Shown: one piece after another, positions 19,628 to 31,200 of the stretch | How positions within the stretch are numbered: the first letter of the stretch is position 1 | Layout: each line of letters opens with the position of its first letter | NCBI GenBank assembly: GCA_947038115.1 | Contig: CAMQVF010000001.1 | Coordinates: 14,983-78,982 of the forward strand | DNA: 64,000 nt | Reading direction: 5' to 3' | Source: an uncultured Spirochaetia bacterium | GTDB lineage: Bacteria > Spirochaetota > Brachyspiria > Brachyspirales > Brachyspiraceae | Program-made: the position numbers and the translations under genes | Notes under the pieces: generated by a model | Seen by the model: the letters and a program-made list of their open reading frames with translations, nothing else | What the model was told of the DNA's origin: nothing | Database searches by the model: none

Positions 19628-22420
19628 ATGAAGAAATGTATTTATTTGTTGCTTTTTATGGTAGTTTTACTGTCGAGTTGTTCTCGCGGAAAGAATTCCT
19701 ATGAAATTAATGTGAGCTATAATAAAAAGACTGAGTTTTATACAATTGGATATCCAGAATATAATAAGATATATCCAAAAGAAGTTGAAGTTAATCTTAG
19801 AAAAGCTAAATCCTTTGAACAAAATATTTTATTTATTTATAATATTCAATCAGACAATAGAGTATTAACTATGTCTTTAGTTTTGTCTGATGGTGAAAAT
19901 AAATATACAAATATAATCGAAGAGCCTTTGGTTAATGTGGATGTCTATACCGATTTTAATGCATCCGACTTTAGTCCAAATATTGATGTTACTAAAAAAA
20001 TTAACAAAGCATATATAAAAATAGAAACTATTGGAGATATTGATACTAAAGATATTGTAAGTTTTTCTATAAAAGAATATAAAGATGGCGAGAAACCTAA
20101 AGAAAAAACACTTGAATTACCAGTAGTCGATTTGCCAAAGCCCGGACATGTCGCAAGTAGTAATCCTCCATTCATTTTACTCGACAGAAATACAGATAAA
20201 CTAAATATTTATTTATCACAAAATAAAAACTTTGAAATAGAAAATGCCACACTAGAAAGATTTAATGCATCAGTAATAAAAACTGAAGATTTAAATTCGT
20301 ATTCTATAACTGGAAAAAGTTTTTTACAGACAACTAATCTTTTAGAAGAAGGAAAGTGGTATATAAAAATAGAGGATAGTAGAAAGCCAGAAAGTTATTC
20401 GATATATTCATTTTTTATTGATGAAAGCACTCGTAATATAAATGTTTTAGAAAATATAAATATTACAAATATTCGACCATTCATTCTTGCCGATAAAACT
20501 TCGCTTGATGTTTTAGAGTATTTTTATGGATTGAAACGAAATAGAGATAATAATGTACTTTCGAGAAATATATTATACTTCAAAGAATATGCGGGTGATA
20601 GGCTTGGACGATGGTCTAAAAATAAAATAATATATGAAGGTGAAGTGCAAGGTATTGATAGTTTTGCTTTTTCATCACTTGAGTCGCATGCTGTCATCAT
20701 GTCATTATATAGCTATCTTAACCCAACGAATAGCATTTCTCGTAATGAAACTATATCGATGCTTAAAGATATTTCTGATATTAATCCGAGTGAAGTAATT
20801 GGATTTTCTGAAGTTGAGGCAAGTGTAATTTTAGCTAATTCATTACTTGCTCCATTCGATTTGCTTTACAACTCTTTTGATGCAAGTGAGCTTATAAAAA
20901 TTAAAGAGGCTATTATTAAAAATGGCGAAGTTTTATATAATTATTTAATTGAAAATCCAACAAGTTATAAAGATGTTAATACAATTAAATATGCAAGCAC
21001 TTTAGCAATTATAGGTATCACCATGTACAATGAGAACTTGCGAGAAGGTGAAGTTCGAAATTGGTATGACTTTTCATTAAACTATATAAATAGTATGATC
21101 ATTCCTTTTATAGGCACAGATGGGGCATTAAAGTCATCGGTGGGCTCATCATTTGAAGTTGTAATGCCAATATTAATGCTTGCGACAACTCTTAAAAATG
21201 CGGGTATAATTAATTATTTCGATATGCCTGAGTTTAGAAATTTAGCTAAATATTTGTCAGTTGTTGCCTATCCTTCAGGTTATACTTTTCCTGTTGGAGA
21301 TACTTATATCAATTATAAAAGTGATAGACGATTTGATAGTGGTGCTAGAACTTCTGTCATGGAACTTTTTAGTCGTGAGTATAATAATATTTTATATAAA
21401 AAATATGCGACATTTGGTATCTCTGAAAATACTGAAATAAAATATTTGCCATTCATGCTTGTTTGGAATGCTCATCGAGTTAATGCAGATATTCCTTTTA
21501 GAAATATAGAGCCATTTCAATATTCATATTTTAAAGATATTGAAACTGTCATATATAATGAAAACATTTTGAATAAAAATAATGCATATTTCTCGCTTTA
21601 TGGAAAAGGAAGCAAGCCTAATATTTCTCATAAATTGGATCATAACGATAGGCTTTCATTTGAATATTATAATTATGGAGATAAAATAATAGCTGAAGCA
21701 GGGTTTAGTGGGCAGACTAATGAAAGTGCATATAGTAATATAAAGTCAAGTTTTGCGCATTCTACTATAAGTGTAAATGATAAAGAAATGCTTAATCATA
21801 TTGGCAGTTATTCATATATATATAGTAGCACTAATTTCAATAATATACTTTATGTTCATGGTAAATTTAATTTAGATTATACTTATGATTTGAAGTTGAA
21901 AAATTATGATAGACGTTTCTATTATTTGAAACCAAATATTATGATTATAAAAGATGATATTGAGGTTTTACCCGATATTACAAAAGATACTTTGCAGGTA
22001 AATAATAATTATACATCAAGATTTACATCAAAACTGCCTATAATTTATAATTCTGTTGATAATAAATTTGTTATAGAAGGTGATAATTCTATTACTGATA
22101 TATATATACTCGCAAATGAAGATATAGAAATGTCTGTTAGTGAAATGAATATAGATGAGGGTTCACCTTTATATATTGCTCAAATAAAAACGAAAGAGAA
22201 GGTTAAGTATTTTTCAACTTGGTCAATTTTTATTACAAAACCTAAAAGTTTTAGAAATAATATTACTACCAATATTGAAGTTTTGGAATATGATAATTCT
22301 AGTTTAATATTTAAGAATAGAAATCTAGTTTATAATATTTATCCGAATAATATAAATACTAACTTTTCTGTTTTAGATTATAGTTCTTTTAGAGGTAATG
22401 TTAATATTTTATCTGATTAA
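19628..22420 (+). CDS. Heparinase II/III-like (polysaccharide-lyase fold) lipoprotein
   Basis: Lipobox LLSSCSRG follows the ATG at 19628 (RBS AAAAGGG). The C-terminal SHKLDHNDRLSFEYYNYGDKIIAEAGF...FAHSTISVNDKE matches the heparinase II/III pattern H-x-D-x-LSFE ... H-N/S-T-hydrophobic-x-V. The track ORF starts at 19592. Confidence 0.65.
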   Translation: MKKCIYLLLFMVVLLSSCSRGKNSYEINVSYNKKTEFYTIGYPEYNKIYPKEVEVNLRKAKSFEQNILFIYNIQSDNRVLTMSLVLSDGENKYTNIIEEPLVNVDVYTDFNASDFSPNIDVTKKINKAYIKIETIGDIDTKDIVSFSIKEYKDGEKPKEKTLELPVVDLPKPGHVASSNPPFILLDRNTDKLNIYLSQNKNFEIENATLERFNASVIKTEDLNSYSITGKSFLQTTNLLEEGKWYIKIEDSRKPESYSIYSFFIDESTRNINVLENINITNIRPFILADKTSLDVLEYFYGLKRNRDNNVLSRNILYFKEYAGDRLGRWSKNKIIYEGEVQGIDSFAFSSLESHAVIMSLYSYLNPTNSISRNETISMLKDISDINPSEVIGFSEVEASVILANSLLAPFDLLYNSFDASELIKIKEAIIKNGEVLYNYLIENPTSYKDVNTIKYASTLAIIGITMYNENLREGEVRNWYDFSLNYINSMIIPFIGTDGALKSSVGSSFEVVMPILMLATTLKNAGIINYFDMPEFRNLAKYLSVVAYPSGYTFPVGDTYINYKSDRRFDSGARTSVMELFSREYNNILYKKYATFGISENTEIKYLPFMLVWNAHRVNADIPFRNIEPFQYSYFKDIETVIYNENILNKNNAYFSLYGKGSKPNISHKLDHNDRLSFEYYNYGDKIIAEAGFSGQTNESAYSNIKSSFAHSTISVNDKEMLNHIGSYSYIYSSTNFNNILYVHGKFNLDYTYDLKLKNYDRRFYYLKPNIMIIKDDIEVLPDITKDTLQVNNNYTSRFTSKLPIIYNSVDNKFVIEGDNSITDIYILANEDIEMSVSEMNIDEGSPLYIAQIKTKEKVKYFSTWSIFITKPKSFRNNITTNIEVLEYDNSSLIFKNRNLVYNIYPNNINTNFSVLDYSSFRGNVNILSD

Positions 22421-22447
22421 TTAATTTTTAATATAGGGGGGTAGATT

Positions 22448-23266
22448 ATGAGTTTAGAAATGTTTAAATTTGGTTTTATTGGTGTGGGAAATATGGCAAG
22501 TGCTATAATTGCTGGGTTACTTAAGGCTCAAGTTGTTGATAAGGCTAACTTTATCACTTCGACAAAAAGTGCCGAGTCGGCTAAAAAAATTAAAGATAGG
22601 TTTGCTATTGAATGCATAAATGATAATAAGTTGGTTGCGAATAGTTCTGATATTTTATTTTTATGTGTCAAACCTTATATGATTAAAGATCTCGCTAATG
22701 AAATAAGTAAAAGTATAAAAAAAGAAACTATCATTATAAGTGTTTTGGCTTCTGTAAGTCTTGAAAAATTAATGGAGCATTTTCCAAATAATAATATTAT
22801 AAGAGTTATGCCTAATACTTCTTCTGAAATATGTTTGGGTGTAACTTCCATTGTGCAGGATAAAACTACAGATATACATAGTCTAAAAATTGCTGAAGAT
22901 ATTTTTAAAAAATTAGGCAGTGCTTATATAATTGAAGAGTCGAAAATACATGCTTATAATGCAATGGCTGGTTGTGGGCCTGCTTATGTTTATAAATTAA
23001 TCGATGCTTTCGCTGAAGCGGGAACTCTGTCAGGTATTCCAAAAAAAGTAGCTATTGAGATTGCCGCAAAAGTATTTAATGGGGCATCTTCCACTTTACT
23101 TGAAACAGGTTCACATCCTTCTATACTTAAAGATTCAATTTGCACACCGGGTGGAATTACGATTAAAGGTATTCGAGAATTTGAAGCAAGTAATGTTACT
23201 AGTGGAATTATAGAAACTATTTATGCTGCATATAGTGCATCAATTGAAAGCGAGAAAAATAGTTAG
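22448..23266 (+). CDS. proC: Pyrroline-5-carboxylate reductase
   Basis: 272-aa ORF with Rossmann GFIGVGNMASAI, MPNTSSEICLGVT and C-terminal CTPGGITIKGI. Confidence 0.9.
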   Translation: MSLEMFKFGFIGVGNMASAIIAGLLKAQVVDKANFITSTKSAESAKKIKDRFAIECINDNKLVANSSDILFLCVKPYMIKDLANEISKSIKKETIIISVLASVSLEKLMEHFPNNNIIRVMPNTSSEICLGVTSIVQDKTTDIHSLKIAEDIFKKLGSAYIIEESKIHAYNAMAGCGPAYVYKLIDAFAEAGTLSGIPKKVAIEIAAKVFNGASSTLLETGSHPSILKDSICTPGGITIKGIREFEASNVTSGIIETIYAAYSASIESEKNS

Positions 23267-23270
23267 AATA

Positions 23271-24143
23271 TTACTCAGCTATTGGATTTAATTGACTATC
23301 TATAACTATAAAAACTGTTGAGACTATTATAAGCAAAGAGCCTATTAATATGCTAAGATTAAAATGTTCATTGTATATTATAATTCCAAGAATAATTGTG
23401 GTTGTTGGCTCAAACATATTAAGAACAGATGCGGTTGAAGAGCCGAGTTTTTTTACTCCATACATTAAAATACCCAGCGAAAATACTGTACACATTAATG
23501 ATATGCCAATTAAATTTGACGCTACATATATTGTAGTCGGTAAATGGAAATCACCACTAATTGCGGCTTTCAGAAAAAAGAATATCGATAATGCTATTGA
23601 TACATAAAACAGAATTACTATTGTATCGAGGCTTGAAAATGACGCCTTTTTATTTGCGATTATATATGCCGAATATGTTATTGTCGTTATTAATGCTAGC
23701 ACAATTCCCAACAAAGAACCGTCAGATTTTATTTGGCTTAGAATAACAAGCCCTGTTATAGATAATATAATTGAAATTATTTTGAATGGTGTCGCTTTCT
23801 CTTTAAAAATAAAAATCATTGTCATCATTACAACGGCAGGGTAGCCGAAGTGTAGCATATTAGCAAGCCCTGTTGATATGTAGTCGAGTGACATTGTAAC
23901 AAAAAGCATGGTGAGACCAGTGCCAAATATTCCATAAAATGACATTTCTATCATTTGTTTTTTTGTAGTTTTAAATGACTTTTTAGTTGCAAGAATAATA
24001 AAAAAGCAAGCAATAGCTGTGAAGAAGAATCGATAAAAAACTATTGAATTTGCTGACATACCAACCACTCTTGCATTTTTAACAAATATCGGTAAAAAGC
24101 CATAAGCTATTGAAGCAATGACTACAGCTATAACATATTTCAT
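23271..24143 (-). CDS. EamA/DMT-family transporter
   Basis: 290-aa ORF with ten hydrophobic segments arranged as two EamA-like halves. Confidence 0.85.
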   Translation of the reverse strand: MKYVIAVVIASIAYGFLPIFVKNARVVGMSANSIVFYRFFFTAIACFFIILATKKSFKTTKKQMIEMSFYGIFGTGLTMLFVTMSLDYISTGLANMLHFGYPAVVMMTMIFIFKEKATPFKIISIILSITGLVILSQIKSDGSLLGIVLALITTITYSAYIIANKKASFSSLDTIVILFYVSIALSIFFFLKAAISGDFHLPTTIYVASNLIGISLMCTVFSLGILMYGVKKLGSSTASVLNMFEPTTTIILGIIIYNEHFNLSILIGSLLIIVSTVFIVIDSQLNPIAE

Positions 24144-24155
24144 TTAAACTCTTTT

Positions 24156-25187
24156 TTAAGATTTTGGTGCTTTAATTCTAACATCAAATTTATCTTCAAT
24201 TAATTTTAAAAGTTCAGGTAATTTTCGATATGCTATGATGCATAATTTTTCACGGCTAATATCTTGTGCGGGGCTACCAAATAATATTTTATTGTCTTCT
24301 ATTTTCGCATTCGACATAATTCCCGCTTGTGCAGCTATTATCACTTGATTGCCAATTTCAACATGGTCAGCAATGCCAGCTTGTCCTGCAATAACGCAGT
24401 AGTTTCCAATTTTCGAACTGCCTGCAACACCCACTTGTGCAATAATTATTGTATTCTCACCAATCTCGCAATTATGAGCAATATGAACCAAATTATCTAT
24501 TTTTGATCCTTCGCCTATTTTTGTAGAACCAAGTATCGCTCTGTCTATCATAACAGAAGCACCAAGTTCGCAATTGCTTTCTATTACAACATTTCCTTTT
24601 TGAGGTATTTTTATATGTCGACCATTAATTAATCGATATCCAAAACCATCGGTGCCTAGAACACAATTTGAACCTATAATGACATTATTTTTTATTATTG
24701 TTCCATCATGAATAGAAGTATTTGAAAATATACGGCAATTATCGCCAATTAAAATATTATCTCCAATTACAACGCCAGCATTAATTATTGTATTGTCGCC
24801 AATTTTAGAATTTTTACCAATAACAACATATTCATCTATAAATGCAGTTTTAGAAATTTCGGCAGAAGAATCTATTTTGGCTGAATTTTTAATTGTTCCA
24901 TATTCAATTTCTTTTTGTGGATAAAAATATTCGAGTAATTTATAGAAATCCTCTTTTGGGTTTTCAGTTATTATTATAGTTTTATTATTTGTATCTTCTG
25001 GCTTTTCTTTAAGAATTAGACAAGAAGCACTACTGTTTAATGCTTTTTCTAAGAATCTTTTTTCATCGATACAAACTAAGCTATTATCTTCGATATTTGT
25101 TATAGATGATAATTTAGAAATTTTAGTATTTTCATCACCATATATATTTGAGGCATTTAAAAAATCAAATATTTCTTTTGCATTCAT
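24156..25187 (-). CDS. lpxD: UDP-3-O-acylglucosamine N-acyltransferase
   Basis: 343-aa ORF with a long run of hexapeptide repeats (IGDNCRIFSNTSIHDGTIIKNNVIIGSNCVLG...). It sits in the conserved position downstream of bamA-skp. Confidence 0.9.
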   Translation of the reverse strand: MNAKEIFDFLNASNIYGDENTKISKLSSITNIEDNSLVCIDEKRFLEKALNSSASCLILKEKPEDTNNKTIIITENPKEDFYKLLEYFYPQKEIEYGTIKNSAKIDSSAEISKTAFIDEYVVIGKNSKIGDNTIINAGVVIGDNILIGDNCRIFSNTSIHDGTIIKNNVIIGSNCVLGTDGFGYRLINGRHIKIPQKGNVVIESNCELGASVMIDRAILGSTKIGEGSKIDNLVHIAHNCEIGENTIIIAQVGVAGSSKIGNYCVIAGQAGIADHVEIGNQVIIAAQAGIMSNAKIEDNKILFGSPAQDISREKLCIIAYRKLPELLKLIEDKFDVRIKAPKS

Positions 25188-25212
25188 AATTGAACCTTTT
25201 GTATCTAATTAG

Positions 25213-25596
25213 CTATCTTCGTATAATTGCTTCACGAACAAATGCTATTACTTGTTGAGTTATATCAAAATTTCTGTCAGCATAAAGAATAGTAGTTTCT
25301 GTTCTTTCGATTATAAGAGTGTAGCCCTGACGTCTAACTATGGTTAGTATTGCTATACCAATTTGTTTTTGAACATCTTTTTGAACTTCTTTTCTTCCTG
25401 ATCTAAATTTTCCATCTTCAGCAGCTTCTTTTTTAAAACTTTCTTCAATTTTGTTAATTAATTCTTGATCTTCTAATATATTGCTTATAACTTCTTCAAC
25501 ATTCAAGTATCCAACTTTTGTAAGCCTTGAAGCTTGTGCCATAAGTGTGCTACCACAAATAGAAAATACTAATAATAGAATAGATAAATTTTTCAT
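25213..25596 (-). CDS. skp: Skp/OmpH-like periplasmic chaperone (short form)
   Basis: 127-aa ORF with a signal peptide and a K/E-rich helical body. It lies between bamA and lpxD, where skp normally sits. Confidence 0.55.
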   Translation of the reverse strand: MKNLSILLLVFSICGSTLMAQASRLTKVGYLNVEEVISNILEDQELINKIEESFKKEAAEDGKFRSGRKEVQKDVQKQIGIAILTIVRRQGYTLIIERTETTILYADRNFDITQQVIAFVREAIIRR

Positions 25597-25621
25597 AAAA
25601 CAACCTTTTAAAATAATATTT

Positions 25622-28246
25622 TTAATAGAATGGATGATTCATTGTAAATGCGATGCTCCAACCTTTACCAAGCCAAGCTCCTAAAGGTGAATAACCGTCA
25701 AGTTCAAAGTCTCTGAATCCCACTCCCTTTTCATATACAAATCTTTTAGCTACATAAACTCTTATATTAAATATTGGTATAGTCAAGCGAAGTCCTGCTC
25801 CAACTGAATACATATATTGAGAAGGATCAAAAATATCAGAAATACCAATAAACTTATTTGGATATATTTCACCATCAGCTCCAACACCAGTTGAGTATGG
25901 TAACCAAAGTTGACCCAAGTCAAAGAATGTAGCAAAACTTAGAGTTTTCGGTATAATAGGAATACGAGCTTCAGCAAAAAATCTTATTTGAGCCCGTCCA
26001 TAACTAAACTGATTGGTATAAGAAGTGCCATCAGTATTTACACCTATACTATTATAAGTGCTAAGTCCTCTATTTTTCTTAAACTCTGTGTAAAGTGAAG
26101 TATCCCAACCTCTAATATCTTCAAACGGGTTTAAATAATAGAGAATATCTCCATCATTTTTAATAGTACCCGTAAATGGATTTCCAATTATCTGACCAAT
26201 TTCACCATAAAATGCTAGAGAAATCCACTTAGCCAAAGGTACTGCCAAAAATCCTGTTGCAGTCAATCTGCTAAGTTCACTGTGACCAAAGTAGAAATCG
26301 CTTGATAGTCTTAAAAAACTTCCCTTTGTTGGGTTCAAGTAATCATTTCTGCTGTCTCTAGCTACACTGTATGAAACAATGAAAGTTGTAAACCAATCAC
26401 TTTGCCATCTTTTGAATTCTCCATTTTTACTATCAATTCTTGTTGAAAGAAATTTATTAACATCATGAATAACATTTGATGCTCCTAAATCAGTAGCTCC
26501 TTGTTTTGAAGACTGCTGATATTGCATGACTAATGTATTGAATGATAAAAATGTTGAAAAATAGTCAAAGAAATAATAACCAAATCTTAGTATACCTTCA
26601 AATCCATGTCTTGTATAGAATGAATATTCAGGAAATCCAAACTGGTCAGTCGACATTTGAACACCTGTATTTACATTTTCATTAAAGTATGAAACATCTA
26701 CACCAAAATATATAGGTAAATTAAATAAATAAGGCTCTGCAAAGTTCACGCCCAAACTCTTTTGTTCTTCACCAAACTCACCTTTAATACCAAGTTGTAG
26801 CCCGTATCCTAAAAAGTTAAGTTCTGTAACTTCAGCGAAAATACTAAATCCAGAAGAAGTAGAGTATCCACCACCACCAGAAACAACGGCAGTACGTCCT
26901 TCGGTTACATTAAAAGTAAGCTCCATTAAGCCTTCGGCAGAACCTGGTTTTACACCTATTCCAATATCATCAAAAAATCTTGTATTATTAAGACGTTCTT
27001 GAACACGCTGTATTTTTGCCGAGTTGAAGACTTCGCCGGGTTCTATGTCAATATATCTTTCGATTACAAAGTCTTTAGTTTTAGTATTACCTGCTATGTT
27101 AATTCTTTCGATATGGGCTTTATCATTTTCTATAATATCATACATTATAGAAATCATTTTAGTGTCTTCGTCTACATTAATTACAGGAATAACTTGTCTG
27201 AAAATATATCCACGTTCAGAGTATTTTTGTTGTATGCCATAGAAGTCAGTCATATATATGCTATAATTATATAAATTACCTTTTTTAGCTTTTATGCCAC
27301 TTTGTATTTCTTCATTTGAAAGAACATAATTGCCCTTAAAACTTACATTTCCAAAGTAGTATTTTTCGCCTTCTTCTATATAGATATTTATTATAAGGTC
27401 TTGTTCATTCTTTTTTTGAGGATCTCGCCATTGATAATTAAATTTTACGTTTTCAATTTTTGCGTAGTAATAACCTCTATCTTTATAGTACTTTAATATT
27501 TTTTGTTTATCTTCTTCAAATTTAAACTCATTAAATTTACCCAATGCCATAAAGCCATTTTCTTTTGTACCCATCTGGCTTTTAAGTTCGTTATCTGAAA
27601 ATTGAGTAATACCATAAAATTTTATTCTAGCAACTTTAACTTCATTACCTTCTTCAATATTCATCTCGATAGTAACGTATGATTTATCTTTTGTTTCAAT
27701 AACTTTAGGATTTACATAGGCTTTCAAATAGCCTTTATCTTGATAATTAGTTATTATAGAGTTTACAGCATTGTTTAGGTTTTGAGGTAAATATGTATTT
27801 CCAATTTCTAAGAATGGTCGGACATTTCCTAAAAGATCGCCACGATTAACTTTTTTATTTCCTATGAAATTTATATCTTTAATTATTGGACGTTCATCTA
27901 TAACGATAGTAAGTATTATTTCATTATTTTCAACTTCTGTATCTATGGCTATTCGGTCATAAGAATCTGTAGCAAATAATATTCTTATCGCATCATTTAT
28001 AATATCTTTTGAAAACTCTTCACCCACTTTAATAGGGAATGCTTCAACTATCTGCTCATCAGTAAGCACAAGATTGCCTCTAGTTTTTATTTCTTTTATT
28101 TTTAGACCTTCATATTGATCAATATTATCAGCTAATATGAGGGTATTAAAGTCCACTTCAGCAGCGAATAGAATGCTAAAAATTATGCTTAATAAAATGA
28201 AAGGTAATAATAAATATTTAAACTTAAAAACCACTAAAATCTCCAA
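25622..28246 (-). CDS. bamA: Outer membrane protein assembly factor BamA
   Basis: 874-aa ORF with a signal/anchor sequence and POTRA-like repeats (IKEIKTRGN..., IKDINFIGNKKV..., VARIKFYGITQF..., FGNVSFKGNYVL..., IERINIAGNTKTKDFVI). A C-terminal beta-barrel ends in aromatic ...NHPFY. Confidence 0.9.
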   Translation of the reverse strand: MEILVVFKFKYLLLPFILLSIIFSILFAAEVDFNTLILADNIDQYEGLKIKEIKTRGNLVLTDEQIVEAFPIKVGEEFSKDIINDAIRILFATDSYDRIAIDTEVENNEIILTIVIDERPIIKDINFIGNKKVNRGDLLGNVRPFLEIGNTYLPQNLNNAVNSIITNYQDKGYLKAYVNPKVIETKDKSYVTIEMNIEEGNEVKVARIKFYGITQFSDNELKSQMGTKENGFMALGKFNEFKFEEDKQKILKYYKDRGYYYAKIENVKFNYQWRDPQKKNEQDLIINIYIEEGEKYYFGNVSFKGNYVLSNEEIQSGIKAKKGNLYNYSIYMTDFYGIQQKYSERGYIFRQVIPVINVDEDTKMISIMYDIIENDKAHIERINIAGNTKTKDFVIERYIDIEPGEVFNSAKIQRVQERLNNTRFFDDIGIGVKPGSAEGLMELTFNVTEGRTAVVSGGGGYSTSSGFSIFAEVTELNFLGYGLQLGIKGEFGEEQKSLGVNFAEPYLFNLPIYFGVDVSYFNENVNTGVQMSTDQFGFPEYSFYTRHGFEGILRFGYYFFDYFSTFLSFNTLVMQYQQSSKQGATDLGASNVIHDVNKFLSTRIDSKNGEFKRWQSDWFTTFIVSYSVARDSRNDYLNPTKGSFLRLSSDFYFGHSELSRLTATGFLAVPLAKWISLAFYGEIGQIIGNPFTGTIKNDGDILYYLNPFEDIRGWDTSLYTEFKKNRGLSTYNSIGVNTDGTSYTNQFSYGRAQIRFFAEARIPIIPKTLSFATFFDLGQLWLPYSTGVGADGEIYPNKFIGISDIFDPSQYMYSVGAGLRLTIPIFNIRVYVAKRFVYEKGVGFRDFELDGYSPLGAWLGKGWSIAFTMNHPFY

Positions 28247-31200
28247 CGAGTAACCAAATTAAATTCTTGTCTAACTGTTTCTAATTCGAAAGGGTTAATT
28301 TTATACTCAAATGATAAATTTGCAAGCTTTAAATGTCTGAGTAAAAAAACCTCAAAACCGAATTGGTGATCGAAGAAATAAGGATCATCTGGTCTATTTA
28401 AATTACTAGGCCTTGATGGATCATTAAATCTGTATGTAATATCATATTTAAAATAAAGATCTTTCGATACATATTTTCCTATACTTACACTTGTATTATC
28501 TAAAACAGATAAAGTCGAGATACTTTCACCACCATTAAGAATAGTATCATTTATAAGATTCCCAACAACAGCAGGATTTAAATTTATATAGTCAATTCCT
28601 ATAAATTGTCTTATCCATCTTTCAACAGGACGTAGTAGAGTGCTTTTAATAGCAAGCTCACTATAAGACATTGTTAGTTGTGCAATTCTATCTTGATCTG
28701 CTTGAAGTGATGCCGAGGCTGATGATGTGGTTGCGGCATATCTTAAGCTTTCTGTATTTTCTTCTAGAGATGTTTGAGGTACACCAGCAAGCTGATTAAC
28801 TTGGTATTGTCCTAAAGCTGGTATAGTATAAAATTTTATAGGGGCTATACCTCCATTAACATCGAATAAAAGTTGAGATATTCTCGAGTTCATTTCCATG
28901 TAAAGTGTGACATCATATCCGCCATCGTCAATACTTACAGATGATCCAGTATATTGATAGTATCTTGTCTGTGTGTAAGCTACAGCCTTAATTATAGGGT
29001 CGATACTGTTTATCGGTGGGAATGTAACACTACCGCTTTCTATTGTGTATACGTTTTGTAGATAGTAAATGCTACCTCTGCTTATGTTCATAGTGCCTTC
29101 TAATTGTATATTATCAATAACACTATTATATACTCTAAGGGTTTGACCATCTTCAATATAGAGGTCACCGACAAGGCTATTTGCCACTCTCACACTTTGT
29201 AAAGCTTCGATATTTAGATCCCAATAAACTTCAGATGCTAAACTATACATATGTTGTTGATATGTTGTTCCGGGTTTTATAATAAGCTGAATGTCATTAC
29301 GTTTTAATATTATATTTCCAGTCATCTTTGGTACTGTTAGGTTACCACCAATGTTCATATCGATATGCACATTACCTTTAGCTTTTAATATGCCTAAGTT
29401 CGCATCTGCATTAAGTAAACCTACTTGCAGGTCGGATGTAAGTACGTCAAAATTCATATAATTTACAAAGTTATTATTAAGCTCTGCATCACCTGTAAGT
29501 TCTAAATATTTACCCTTTGATGTTGAAAATTTAAGAGCAGCTACACGAGCAGAATCACCTTCAAAGATAAAGTCGGCAGTGGTCTCTGTAAATACGTCAG
29601 AAAAGTATTGCATTTTTATTTTTTTAGCAGAACCCAAAAATCTGCCAGTTATTTTTACATCATCAATGTCGCCATGAAGTTTGGCATATAAAGTATAGGG
29701 TTTGCCTTCTACTACAAAGTTAGTTGGTTTTGAGTCTATTCTTTTAAATAGAGTATTGAATAATTCAAATATCTCGGTTGTAAGGTTGTCGGAGGTAACA
29801 AGCATATCGACTTGATCACTTACTGCATCTTTTATACTACCTTCTATATTTAAGAGTTCCTTATTGTCAAACATATATTGCAAGTCGGCCACTATTTTTT
29901 TATCTTCTCTATTTACAAAACCTCGTATTCCATGAGTCTCTGGGCTTAAGAAAACAATGTTAGTTCCATTGTCTATAGCAACTGTATTAAAGCTTTTTAG
30001 TGTACGATGATTAACGTCAATAGGTGTTGTTTTAATTCTATATTCTTTATTACCATTTCCAAGTGTTCTTTTACTATAGTCGATATTACCGCTAAATGTG
30101 CTTAATAAATATAGATTAGTTACATTTATCGATATACTCTGTAAATCTTTCGAGAAATATGCATTAGGTATTGCGATTACATCTCTATTTTTACCTGTAA
30201 CTACAAACCCATCTTTTCCAGTTTTTATCATATATACATTTTTTATTTCAACTTCATCTTTTCTTAAAAAACCTTGAAGAGACACATCATATCTTGAGCC
30301 TTTAATTTCTAATGCATTAATTTTAAACTCTTCTAAATGGACAATAGGGTCATTTAGATTTCCGATTACAGTAGCTTTTGTATCAATAAGCCCATATATA
30401 CTACCAGTATTTAATGGCAATTTTCTTGTAGCTAATGTGGCATAAATCCGACTTTGATTTATAGATATTTCAGTTGCTAATGCACCATCACCTCTGTCTG
30501 ATAGTAAAATGGCTGTAAGTTTAGTATTCCCATCTTCTGTTGAGAGAACTCCACTGCCAACTAGTGTATTATCACCATAGTCATATATTATGTTTGTAAA
30601 TGCTAATGTATTATTCGATGCTTCAAAACTGGCATTGGCTGTAAATATTGGTGCAGAAGAGCTTGAAGAATTAATGACTCCATGCAGATATAAACTTTTG
30701 TTTTCTTTAGTTGTGTTATCTATTGTTATTTTTGTATTGAAGACGATATTTTTATAATGTATACTTTTTGGAGTATCTATATTAAAGTTAATTTCACCTT
30801 TTTCTGATATAAATCCTCTAGCAACTATTTCTTCATTTTCTGTTGCAGCATAAAAAATTCTGTCATTATCTGAAGATTCTGTATAGCCTGATAGTTTATA
30901 ATCACCTAATGGAGTGTTTACTTCTCCATTAATTGTAACATTTAAGTTTTTATCATAATCTATTTGAGCTTTTGCTTTAATGCCTGATTCTCCACTAGCG
31001 ACAAATAGATTATTTACTAATAGCTTGTCTGGATATAAAAGGGCATCAAATTCCATTATACTTTCTGCTGTATATATCTTGCTCGATTTTATCTTTATAG
31101 AACTTACAGAAACATTATCTGTTGTTGTATTTTTATTACTTAATGCATAATCTATATAAATTTCAGATAATGGATCTAGAACATCATATCCAACTAATGC

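Noticed and set aside
22436-22441. G6 tract in the proC ribosome-binding site as a phase-variation switch
   Set aside because: Six residues is short for slipped-strand variation, and proC is a housekeeping gene. The tract most likely just serves as the RBS.
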